Shown here: piece by piece, positions 1 to 8,533 of the stretch
How positions within the stretch are numbered: the stretch's first letter is position 1
How the letters are laid out: each line of letters opens with the position of its first letter
Source: an uncultured archaeon
Lineage (GTDB): Archaea > Asgardarchaeota > Lokiarchaeia > Sigyniarchaeales > Promethearchaeaceae
NCBI GenBank assembly: GCA_964426185.1
Contig: CAYRPF010000004.1
Location: 1,444-33,443 of the forward strand
Length of the DNA stretch: 32,000 nucleotides
Direction of reading: 5' to 3'
Program-made: the position numbers and the translations under genes
Notes under the pieces: generated by a model
What the model saw: only the letters and a program-made list of their open reading frames with translations
Databases searched by the model: none
Told to the model about the DNA's origin: nothing

Positions 1-660
1 TGACCGAATGTTGTTGTTGCCCATCGGAAGGTGGCCTTCAACAAAATTCAGAACGGAATTAATATTATCCTGTAATTCCTCTTTCGATTGCGATTTCTTT
101 CCCACTTTTAGTTGCATCATTAACTGCTTTTTCATCGTGATTTTCACAATATGGTTCAATTTTGGGAGAAAATTTTGAAGATCTTCATTCGGACGAATAA
201 TTCCGAATCCCTTGGGTTGAGGACGGGGCATTTTGCCTTGTTGACCGAGAAATTGGGCTAAAACACGGGCTAAGTCACGCATTAAATCCGCTCGTGCCAC
301 AAAATATTTATATTTCTTTGCTGTGGCTTTTTTCTCTTTTTTCGATTTTTTCTGTAAATTACTTAAATCGTTTTGGTTCAATACAGCATAGCCCGCTTCC
401 TTCAAATCCAATTCCATTTGATCTTTCACGATAAAGCAGATATCTTTTTTGGTTAGATTGTTCGGGATTGGATGAGGTAGCATGATTTCGTTATCAATTC
501 GATTGTTAGGATTTTTAATGTCGACATCTCTAACATTGATAATCAAATCCACTGTTTCATCGAATTTCCGGACCTTATCGGGTTTTCCTTCTTTCTTGAT
601 GACCGAACTCTCCAATGCCGCTTCAAGTGCTTTTTGAACTTCTTTTTCATTAAGTATCAT
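1..660 (-). CDS. rpl1: 50S ribosomal protein uL1 (archaeal), 3' end runs off the window
   Basis: Not in the ORF track. Manual translation from ATG at 660 gives MILNEKEVQKALEAALESSVIKKEGKPDKVRKFDETVDLIINVRDVDIKNPNNRIDNEIMLPHP, with the RKFxETVDL...LPH L1 signature. It starts 3 bp after the uL11 stop. Confidence 0.95.
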   Translation of the reverse strand, partial: MILNEKEVQKALEAALESSVIKKEGKPDKVRKFDETVDLIINVRDVDIKNPNNRIDNEIMLPHPIPNNLTKKDICFIVKDQMELDLKEAGYAVLNQNDLSNLQKKSKKEKKATAKKYKYFVARADLMRDLARVLAQFLGQQGKMPRPQPKGFGIIRPNEDLQNFLPKLNHIVKITMKKQLMMQLKVGKKSQSKEELQDNINSVLNFVEGHLPMGNNNIRS

Positions 661-663
661 AAA

Positions 664-1164
664 TTATGCACCCTCCTCAGCATTAAGTTGATCATCATAG
701 GCTCCGTTATCGATCTCTTGCAAAATTTCTCGAGCAGTCTTTCCATCAATTTTTATTCCACAACTAAAAGCAGTGCCAATAATAGTTTTCGCTCTTGTTT
801 TCATATTTAAAGCATTCAAAGAGTCTTGTTTCATTCGTGCAATTTTCAGAATTGCGCTGAACGGTAAGTCCCCAATAAAATCGGTGGTTGGTTCCCCTGA
901 ACCTTTAGCGACGCCGAGTTCTTTTAGAAGTAAAGCGGATGCCATAGGTGTGCTGACTTTAATTTCAAATGATTTGTCTTCGGGATTAACCAAGATTGTA
1001 ACTGGGACTTTCAAGCCTTTGAAGTCTTTAGTTTTTTCGTTGATGGCATCTACAACATCCTTAATAGGCACACCAGTCGGACCCACAGCGGGACCAATAG
1101 GTGGACCTCCAGAAGCTTTACCGCCTTCAACAAGAGCTGCAACTTCAATTAATTTGCCTGCCAT
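664..1164 (-). CDS. rpl11: 50S ribosomal protein uL11 (archaeal type)
   Basis: GGKASGGPPIGPAVGP, INEKTKDFKGLKVPV and IIGTAFSCGI motifs; adjacent to uL1. Confidence 0.97.
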   Translation of the reverse strand: MAGKLIEVAALVEGGKASGGPPIGPAVGPTGVPIKDVVDAINEKTKDFKGLKVPVTILVNPEDKSFEIKVSTPMASALLLKELGVAKGSGEPTTDFIGDLPFSAILKIARMKQDSLNALNMKTRAKTIIGTAFSCGIKIDGKTAREILQEIDNGAYDDQLNAEEGA

Positions 1165-1518
1165 AGTAAATCACGTATGATCTCTTAGGGCAGATTAAAA
1201 CGCTATCAATATTGTTGTTCCCGTCAATCCCCTTTGGTTGGTTATTTGTATGTTTTGGCTGGAATATTGTTTTAGCTATAGTGAGTGTGGGAGTAGTATG
1301 GATTGTATGGGGATTTTGAGAACCGATCGTGGTTTAAATCTTTACTTCTATGCAGATTAAGTGGCATATTTTGAAGCAAAGCCGCACAATGGTCGCGTCC
1401 TAATCTACGAAAACTTCCTTAAGAGATTAGTAAGCATTAGAAAGCAGGATAAAATTAAAAATTTATGAATATAGTAGGGTAAAGTGAAACTTCAATTTTT
1501 TCTAAAATTTTAAGTAAA

Positions 1519-4116
1519 ATGAGTTTCAATTTAATTCATATGGGGCTTTATTCTCCAGAAAATCATATCGATCATCAGTGGATTTGTGATAGTTTGGGTT
1601 TATCCGGAGAATGGGGTCAGAAAATGTATCTTACGTTGTTAAATTCAATCCGAAACTATGCAAATTGTATAGCTCCACAAAGCCCTAAAAGCCAAAGAAC
1701 CCCTAAAAGCTCAACATTAGATGGTTCACCTTATGAACAATGGTATCAAGATTTAGCACCATATTATCCCCCAGTAGAGTTGACCCACGAGCTTTTTGCC
1801 AAACATGCACTGCTTTACTCAATTGTAATTGCCATTCTTTCAAAAATCACAACAACTCATTTTGCTCGCTTGCAGAAATACTTACCAATTCCTCCATACT
1901 TCGCTTGGATTACTGCTGATAATGAAGTAAGTGGTGTTTTAAACGAGTTGAAGGTTTTTATTGCAGACTTTTCTTTAGAACCGGAAGATTTGTTTGCGGA
2001 AATTTATCAAGATATTTTCATCAATTCTACCCGACACATTCAAGGAGAATTCTATACTAATGAGGTACTCTGTGAATTGATGGTAAATGAATCATATCAA
2101 TGGGGAAATAAGGTTTTGGATCCAACATGCGGTTCAGGAACTTTTTTATTGATGGTTGCTAAGAAAATTCTGGAATCTTCTCATTCGAGAGAGGAAAAAG
2201 TATCGGCTTTAAAGAAATTGTATGGCGTTGACTGCAATCCTTTGGCTTGTTTGATGACTCAAGCCAACCTTCAAAATTTAATCTCTTTTTACCAGATGAA
2301 GCTCTTTCTATTTCCAATTTTTCACAGAAATGGTCTGGAAATTATTCCCCAAGATTTATCTCTCGAAATGCATGATAAGGTAATTATTGAGCATGAAGCA
2401 AGACCCAAAATTAATGGAAGAAGGGATGAAGAAAATAAAAGTGCGAGCGAAGTGGCTAAAAAACAGAGTAAAATTCGACCGGATGAAGATAACTTGAAGT
2501 GGGATCTCGTGATCGGAAATCCACCATGGCTGGTTCTCAATGGTATCCCTTCCCAAACTGTACAAGCCCGAATAAAATCATTGGGCAAAGAGTTGAACAT
2601 CATTCGAGGAGGTAAATTTGCCACCAGTACCGAAATAACCACCATCTTTTGGCAAAAAATGGTGCGAGACTTTCTCAAGCCAAGTGGAATCATTCATTTT
2701 GTAGTCCCAGCTGGAATTGCTTCTGGAGACCAACATGCTCTTTTTCGGCGGTTCGACAAGGTGAGCGGGGTGGAGATTTGGGATTTTGATTTTGATTTTT
2801 TCAGAATTCACAGTCTTTGCTTGAAAGCTCACAAAATGAGTGAACAAATGAATAATATCTCCGACCAACCATTTGTCGAAAGTTACAACCATTTAACTCC
2901 TTATCCGAAAATTCGCTGGAAAAAACTGCATTGGGATGCCCCAAAAAAGAAATTGGTTTTTGAATCCACCGAGGAGTATATACCGATTATCATAGAACAT
3001 AATACTAACTCAAAACAGTCAACCATTCCTTTCACAAATACCGCCCGTGCTCCAACGTATCAGATGAAAAATTCGTTGGTATTAATCGGAAGATTTGCAC
3101 CTAAAACTCAATTGGAAGCCCTTTTTGGCCGCTCTAGCTCATTAAATCTATCTATGAAATCACAATCTCCCTATAAAAATCTTTTTCGACAAGGTGCTTC
3201 TTTGGTTCCGAGAAATTTAATTTTCGTAGATATTCATGAAAGTAAAATTCCTGATAAAGCAACTCAAAAAGCGGAATCTATGGATTTGGTGCAAATTTCC
3301 CCAGCGGAATCTTTGCAATCAAAAAAAGATAGCACTTGGAATTTTAAAGCCTATGATTCTGTGCCGATCGAGCGGAAATACCTTTTTAAAGTTGCAAAAA
3401 GTACCGGACTGCTCTCTTTCTATTATTACCAATTCTATAATGTCGTTCTACCTCTTGAAAGGCTTGATGTGCAAAATACAAATCCATTAAATTCAGCAAA
3501 AATTACACTTCCAAATGCCCCTTACGCCCGAAAACATTTTCAGAAACTTATCCGCCAGTATTCTCAAAATATTAAATCCGGCGCTAAAATAACACATCTA
3601 TTTGACCGATTAAATTACGGTCGTGCTCTTACAGATCCTAAACAATATAAAGTTCCCAAGGTCATCTTTGCTGGAATCGGAAGCAATGTAAAAGCTGCCA
3701 TCATTCGCCAGCCTGCCGTGATTGACACTTCACTGTATTTCTATGTCCCAAAATCCATTGGAGAAGCATACTACTTGATCGGGATCTTAAATTCGGATTT
3801 TATTATTTCGTTTGCTCGACTAGCAGGTAGTACAGGGGCTAACGGTAGTCTCCGAAATATTCATAAAACGCCCTTAAAACTGCCTATTCCTACCTTTAAT
3901 GCTGCCCATGAAGTTCATTCTCAAATATCATCTGCTGCCATGGAAATCGAAATGTATGTAGAGAAGTTCATTTCGAAATCATTAGAGAAAGATCCAGGTC
4001 TGGAAACTAAAGTTAAAAGTCTTCAAAATAAATTGTTAATTGATCCTATTTATCGCTTAAAGCTTATCGAGTTGACTCAATGGGTTCAAAATTTGATTGG
4101 AAATAACCTAATGTGA
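1519..4116 (+). CDS. N6-adenine DNA methyltransferase, gamma class, type IIG/Eco57I-like MTase + target-recognition region, with no evident nuclease domain
   Basis: GEFYT (motif X), VLDPTCGSGTFL (motif I), YGVDCNP and DLVIGNPPW (motif IV). The C-terminus has the YYLIGILNS...LPIP pattern of TaqI-C-like TRDs. Confidence 0.85.
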   Translation: MSFNLIHMGLYSPENHIDHQWICDSLGLSGEWGQKMYLTLLNSIRNYANCIAPQSPKSQRTPKSSTLDGSPYEQWYQDLAPYYPPVELTHELFAKHALLYSIVIAILSKITTTHFARLQKYLPIPPYFAWITADNEVSGVLNELKVFIADFSLEPEDLFAEIYQDIFINSTRHIQGEFYTNEVLCELMVNESYQWGNKVLDPTCGSGTFLLMVAKKILESSHSREEKVSALKKLYGVDCNPLACLMTQANLQNLISFYQMKLFLFPIFHRNGLEIIPQDLSLEMHDKVIIEHEARPKINGRRDEENKSASEVAKKQSKIRPDEDNLKWDLVIGNPPWLVLNGIPSQTVQARIKSLGKELNIIRGGKFATSTEITTIFWQKMVRDFLKPSGIIHFVVPAGIASGDQHALFRRFDKVSGVEIWDFDFDFFRIHSLCLKAHKMSEQMNNISDQPFVESYNHLTPYPKIRWKKLHWDAPKKKLVFESTEEYIPIIIEHNTNSKQSTIPFTNTARAPTYQMKNSLVLIGRFAPKTQLEALFGRSSSLNLSMKSQSPYKNLFRQGASLVPRNLIFVDIHESKIPDKATQKAESMDLVQISPAESLQSKKDSTWNFKAYDSVPIERKYLFKVAKSTGLLSFYYYQFYNVVLPLERLDVQNTNPLNSAKITLPNAPYARKHFQKLIRQYSQNIKSGAKITHLFDRLNYGRALTDPKQYKVPKVIFAGIGSNVKAAIIRQPAVIDTSLYFYVPKSIGEAYYLIGILNSDFIISFARLAGSTGANGSLRNIHKTPLKLPIPTFNAAHEVHSQISSAAMEIEMYVEKFISKSLEKDPGLETKVKSLQNKLLIDPIYRLKLIELTQWVQNLIGNNLM

Positions 4117-4153
4117 GCATTCAAGAAAATCCTACAATTGAGGAAATCAAAAA

Positions 4154-5311
4154 TTAAGGCGAACAAACATCTTTTAGGTGCTTTGGTGGAAATGTGAGAT
4201 TACGACCTCGAACCCATTCATGTGTTCGACCCACAAGAATAGTCCGAATTCGCACAATCTGCCGCAGCTCCTTGATATTTCTGGCGCCCATTAAACTCAT
4301 GGTAATTTTCATCTGCGTAATAATTTTCAAAAACCAATTTTTGAGGTTTTCCTCATCTGGATATCCAAAATCCTCCATAATCTCAATTAACACCGGGTAA
4401 GCAAAACTTACCAGATCCGCACCCAAAGCTAATGCTTTAACTGCCTCTCGACCGTTTCGAATTCCACCCCCCACAATAAGAGGTATATCCCGATTTTCCG
4501 GCCGCAGTGAGATATCCAGTAAACTCCAAACAGTCGGAATACCCCAAAAATCGAAAGGTCGCTTGATTGGAGGATAAGTTTGCTTTTGTGAGGTTGTTAA
4601 CCCTTTCACTGTTTCAATCCTTGCAATTGAGGTTCCACCCACCCCTTGAATGTTTATTCCTGCCACTCCGACATCCCATAACGGTCTTATGTCTTCATTA
4701 CTTAGGCCGGTTGTAAAACTTTTAATAAATACAGGCACATGCAATTGATACGTTAGATTTCGTAATCGATCAACCAATCCTTGATAACCTGTATTTTGTG
4801 GATCAACCAATATATCAAGTAGAGGGGATACCCAGATTTCCACTCCATCAGCCTTGATGGAATCCACAATTTTCTGAACTGCTTTTATATAATCCGGAGT
4901 TTTCATTATGACAGTTCCCGAAATATTGGCTAACACTAACCCATTTGGATTCTTTTCTCGAATTATTTGAAAACTCTCCAAAATATCTGGATTTACTTTT
5001 TCTTCTAAAAGATAGCGCTGATCTCCTACACCTTGTGCAATTTTGTATTTTGCGGTAAATTCGGCTATTTTTTCATTAATCGGGGTGAATTTCTTATGTC
5101 CTCCAGTAATTGATCCCACACAAATAGGATATTTCAAGTGTTTCCCCATGAAATCGATGGACAAATCTACATCATTAATACCTACTGGTGTCAAGGCGTT
5201 TGGAATAAAATATACCTCTTTCCAGTAATTTTTTCCATGATATTGGATATCCTCTTTTAAAACCGTATCCATGGTCTTTAATTGATACCGCAAAAAATCT
5301 TCGGGTTTCAT
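4154..5311 (-). CDS. Type 2 isopentenyl-diphosphate isomerase (IDI-2) homologue with degenerate substrate-binding motifs
   Basis: FMN TIM-barrel motifs PIxxxxITGG, GVGDQR, ANI, GGTS, WGIPT and GGIRNGREAVKALALGAD. The canonical RKxxH, HLNxxQE and KEVG motifs are altered. Confidence 0.8.
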   Translation of the reverse strand: MKPEDFLRYQLKTMDTVLKEDIQYHGKNYWKEVYFIPNALTPVGINDVDLSIDFMGKHLKYPICVGSITGGHKKFTPINEKIAEFTAKYKIAQGVGDQRYLLEEKVNPDILESFQIIREKNPNGLVLANISGTVIMKTPDYIKAVQKIVDSIKADGVEIWVSPLLDILVDPQNTGYQGLVDRLRNLTYQLHVPVFIKSFTTGLSNEDIRPLWDVGVAGINIQGVGGTSIARIETVKGLTTSQKQTYPPIKRPFDFWGIPTVWSLLDISLRPENRDIPLIVGGGIRNGREAVKALALGADLVSFAYPVLIEIMEDFGYPDEENLKNWFLKIITQMKITMSLMGARNIKELRQIVRIRTILVGRTHEWVRGRNLTFPPKHLKDVCSP

Positions 5312-5497
5312 CGCGCAATATTCTTTTGGTTAGATCGTATTTAGATATTACTTCGATTTCAATCAAACAAAGAAATCACGTATATGCAACGTAATGTTCA
5401 CTAAATACCCATATAAAGATTATTGGTATGTAAAAATCGAAAAAATTTTTACTCATTAAACACTTTAATGAATGAAAGAAGCCCAAATTTAAAAAAT

Positions 5498-5573
5498 GGA
5501 CCCATCGCCTAGCGGATATGGCGCCGGCCTCCTAAGCCGGTTGTCATGAGTTCGAGTCTCATTGGGTCCGCCA
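5498..5573 (+). tRNA. tRNA-Arg(CCU), intronless, CCA encoded
   Basis: Acceptor stem GGACCCA/TGGGTCC; D-loop AGCGGATA with the A20 Arg identity base; anticodon stem CCGGC/GCCGG with CCT at 5531-5533; T-arm ATGAG-TTCGAGT-CTCAT; ends G-CCA. Confidence 0.97.
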
Positions 5574-5596
5574 ATATTTACACTGTTTTGGTTAAA

Positions 5597-6649
5597 TTAA
5601 AGGCTCTTGAAGTAATCGGAATATTCTACAACATATTCCATATTATTAACGTATTTTATTGATTCAATTTTCTTAATTTGTAAATTTAATTCTTGCTTTG
5701 TAATTATGGGAAAATTAAAATACTCATTAATATATTTCGTAGGACCATTCATTTTTATCCTTTCGTTGATGAATTTTCTGTGTGAATCTATTCTATTTCT
5801 TAAATATTCGTTAATTTCATCTAATGAGTTAATTAATCTTGAGTGAATTGTTTCTTTTATATTCTTATCAATATCAATGCCAATACTATTTCTTTCAGAA
5901 GCTATTGCTGCAAGGGTTGTCGTTCCAGTTCCCACAAATGGATCTAAAACAACATCTCCTTTCACAGAATACATATTAATTAAACGATACGCTAATTCAA
6001 AGGGGAAAGCAGCACTCCTTTCTCGGGATTTTTTATTGTTTAAGTTTTGAGATATTCCTTTAAAGTCCCAAACATCAGAAAACCAAACATTCCTTTCTTC
6101 CCAAAAGAAAGCACTTTTCCTTCGGTTAACTTTTTGCTCTTGTTTTTTGAATAATCTTTTGTCTCCTTTTCTAAATATAAGAATATATTCATGTTCTAAT
6201 GTTACATACGCCCCTGGAGGATACATACCAGATCCCATGAATTTATTTGGAGCATTTGTCTGTTTTCTCCAAATTATATCTGGTAATGATTGAAATCCAA
6301 GTTCATGAAATTTGTTAATGATTTCTGAGTGTGAAGGATATAATCTAAAAATTTTATTCACAGTTCTTGTAGCGTCTCCAATATTTATACACGCAATTCC
6401 CCCCTGTGTTAAAACACGAGAAACTTCCTCCCATACTTTGTTTAATTCCTTGTGCATTAGTTTAAATGCGAGATTTCCATTACCGTTGTCTAAAGCGGTT
6501 CTAATGTCTGGGTTTTGTTTTGAGAAGATTTCATCCCACATTTCAATCATAGGGTAAGGAGGAGATGTTATTACCAGTTCAATAGATTCATCTTGAATTT
6601 GTGATAATTTTTGGGCTTCCTGGAAAAGCAATTTGTGATTCGTTTTCAT
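5597..6649 (-). CDS. Beta-class N4-cytosine DNA methyltransferase, M.MthZI/Zim-like (probable CTAG specificity)
   Basis: TSPPYPM precedes DPFVGTGTT (beta order). Blocks INIGDATR, WRKQTNAPNKFMGSG, EHEYILIFRK, FWEERNxWFSDVW and PFELAYRLINMYS match my recollection of the M.MthZI/haloarchaeal Zim family. Confidence 0.85.
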   Translation of the reverse strand: MKTNHKLLFQEAQKLSQIQDESIELVITSPPYPMIEMWDEIFSKQNPDIRTALDNGNGNLAFKLMHKELNKVWEEVSRVLTQGGIACINIGDATRTVNKIFRLYPSHSEIINKFHELGFQSLPDIIWRKQTNAPNKFMGSGMYPPGAYVTLEHEYILIFRKGDKRLFKKQEQKVNRRKSAFFWEERNVWFSDVWDFKGISQNLNNKKSRERSAAFPFELAYRLINMYSVKGDVVLDPFVGTGTTTLAAIASERNSIGIDIDKNIKETIHSRLINSLDEINEYLRNRIDSHRKFINERIKMNGPTKYINEYFNFPIITKQELNLQIKKIESIKYVNNMEYVVEYSDYFKSL

Positions 6650-6792
6650 AAAAAATCATTATTTATTAATGTATCAATTATTATGTTATTAGCTATATAC
6701 GAGTTTTAGGCATCTGGACAACTTCAACAGGTGAATAAAATCCTTCGATTTGAAAATTCATCAAAATATCAAAAAAGTAAAATAATACAATG

Positions 6793-8463
6793 TTAGAACA
6801 AGCCGACAACATCACCGTCGAAATCAATATCAATACTTTCCGCCGCTGGTTTCATGGGTAACCCTGGCATCCTTAACATGCGCCCCGCGATCGGAATTAC
6901 AAATCCCGCACCTGCTGCAATTAATACACGTCGAATTTTTAGGGTAAAACCGCTGGGTGCACCGAGCTTGGATGGGTCATCTGAAAATGATTTCTGTGTT
7001 TTAGCGATACAAATTGGGAGATTATCCAAACCAATTTCTTTTATATCTTTAATATCATTTATGGCATCTGGTTCAAATTCCACATCTGAAGCACCGTAAA
7101 TCTCTTTGGCAACTGTCTGCACTTTTTCTTCAATTGGTTGGCTCCAGTCATAAATTGAGGTGAAAGTTGAAGGTTCATCTGATTCCAATGCTTCAATTAC
7201 AAGTTTAGCCAGTTCTTCTCCTCCTTCTCCACCTTTTTCCCATACTTCCGACAGTGCAATTTTTACTCCCATTTGTTCACAGTATGAGAAGACCATTTCT
7301 ATTTCTGCGGGAGTATCAAAGCTGAATTTATTTAAGGCGACCACTACAGGTATGTTAAATTTTTTCAAATTTGAAATATGTCTGCCTAAATTACTCAAAC
7401 CATCCGAGAGGGCGTTCAAATTTTCTTGCTTGATTCGATCTAAAGGTTGACCGCCGTGCATTTTAAGAGCTTTAATTGTTGTGGTTATAACGGTCAAATC
7501 TGGGGCAAATCCTCCGTATGGACTAACTAAGTTGAAAAATTTCTCTGCACCTAAATCGCTACCAAAACCAGCTTCGGTAATCACATAGTCATTGGTCCGT
7601 AATGCGAAATTGGTGGCTATGATGCTATTTGCACCTTGAGCGATGTTAGCAAAAGGTCCTCCGTGAATAAATGCGGGATTATTTTCCATGGTTTGAACTA
7701 AATTGGGCTTGATAGCATCTTTTAGCAGCACGGTGATGGCTCCCGCTACATTTAAATCCCTACAGTAGACTGGTTTATTTTGATAATCAAATCCAAGTAA
7801 TATATTGCCTATTTTTTCCTTAAGATCGGAAAGGTTTCGCGATAAACAAAGGATGGCCATAATTTCCGAAGCGGCGGTAATATCAAAACCACTTTCGTGA
7901 GTAACTCCATCGGTGGATTTACCTAGACCAACAATTATATTTCGAAGAGCCCTATCGTTCACATCAAGTACACGATTCCATAAAATCTTCTTGGGATCGA
8001 GTTCTACTTTGTGGCGATAGATCGCATTGTTCAGTAATGCAGCCAATGTATTATGAGCAGAGGTTATCGCGTGAAGGTCGCCGGTGAAATGAAGGTTTAT
8101 ATCCTCCATAGGGACACATTGAGCATAACCACCTCCAGCAGCGCCTCCCTTAATCCCAAAAACTGGACCTAAAGATGGCTCTCTCAGGCACACAGCTGTT
8201 TGTTTGTTTAATCTATTCATCGCATCGGTTAATCCGATGGAAGTAGTGGTCTTCCCCTCCCCCGCTGGCGTCGGTGAAGTTGCTGTAACTAAAATTAATT
8301 TTCCTGGTGGATGTTCCATACAATTTAAACAATAAGTTAGATTTATTTTGGCTTTATACGGACCATATAGTTCCAATCCACGTTCGGGGATACCGATACG
8401 TGCAGCAATTTCCTTAATTGGTAGCATATGGGCTTCACGGGCAATTTCTATATCTGGTCTCAT
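6793..8463 (-). CDS. fhs: Formate-tetrahydrofolate ligase
   Basis: TPAGEGKTT, LREPSLGPVFGIKGGAAGGGY, HGGPFANIA, TEAGFGSDLGAEKF and MPGLP motifs; GGAGTGA Shine-Dalgarno-like site upstream. Confidence 0.98.
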   Translation of the reverse strand: MRPDIEIAREAHMLPIKEIAARIGIPERGLELYGPYKAKINLTYCLNCMEHPPGKLILVTATSPTPAGEGKTTTSIGLTDAMNRLNKQTAVCLREPSLGPVFGIKGGAAGGGYAQCVPMEDINLHFTGDLHAITSAHNTLAALLNNAIYRHKVELDPKKILWNRVLDVNDRALRNIIVGLGKSTDGVTHESGFDITAASEIMAILCLSRNLSDLKEKIGNILLGFDYQNKPVYCRDLNVAGAITVLLKDAIKPNLVQTMENNPAFIHGGPFANIAQGANSIIATNFALRTNDYVITEAGFGSDLGAEKFFNLVSPYGGFAPDLTVITTTIKALKMHGGQPLDRIKQENLNALSDGLSNLGRHISNLKKFNIPVVVALNKFSFDTPAEIEMVFSYCEQMGVKIALSEVWEKGGEGGEELAKLVIEALESDEPSTFTSIYDWSQPIEEKVQTVAKEIYGASDVEFEPDAINDIKDIKEIGLDNLPICIAKTQKSFSDDPSKLGAPSGFTLKIRRVLIAAGAGFVIPIAGRMLRMPGLPMKPAAESIDIDFDGDVVGLF

Positions 8464-8533
8464 GTAATCACTCCAAATGATTCGATTTCTTAAAAAATAT
8501 TAAGTAATTGAGAAAATTGTAAATAGGAATAGA

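Noticed and set aside
1170-1319. Hydrophobic open frame on + (LSILLFPSIPFGWLFVCFGWNIVLAIVSVGVVWIVWGF)
   Set aside because: It has no ATG, the hydrophobicity follows from the G/T skew, and it is antisense to the rpl11 leader.
5498-6790. Intact integrative element at tRNA-Arg
   Set aside because: No integrase and no duplicated tRNA 3' end were found by eye.
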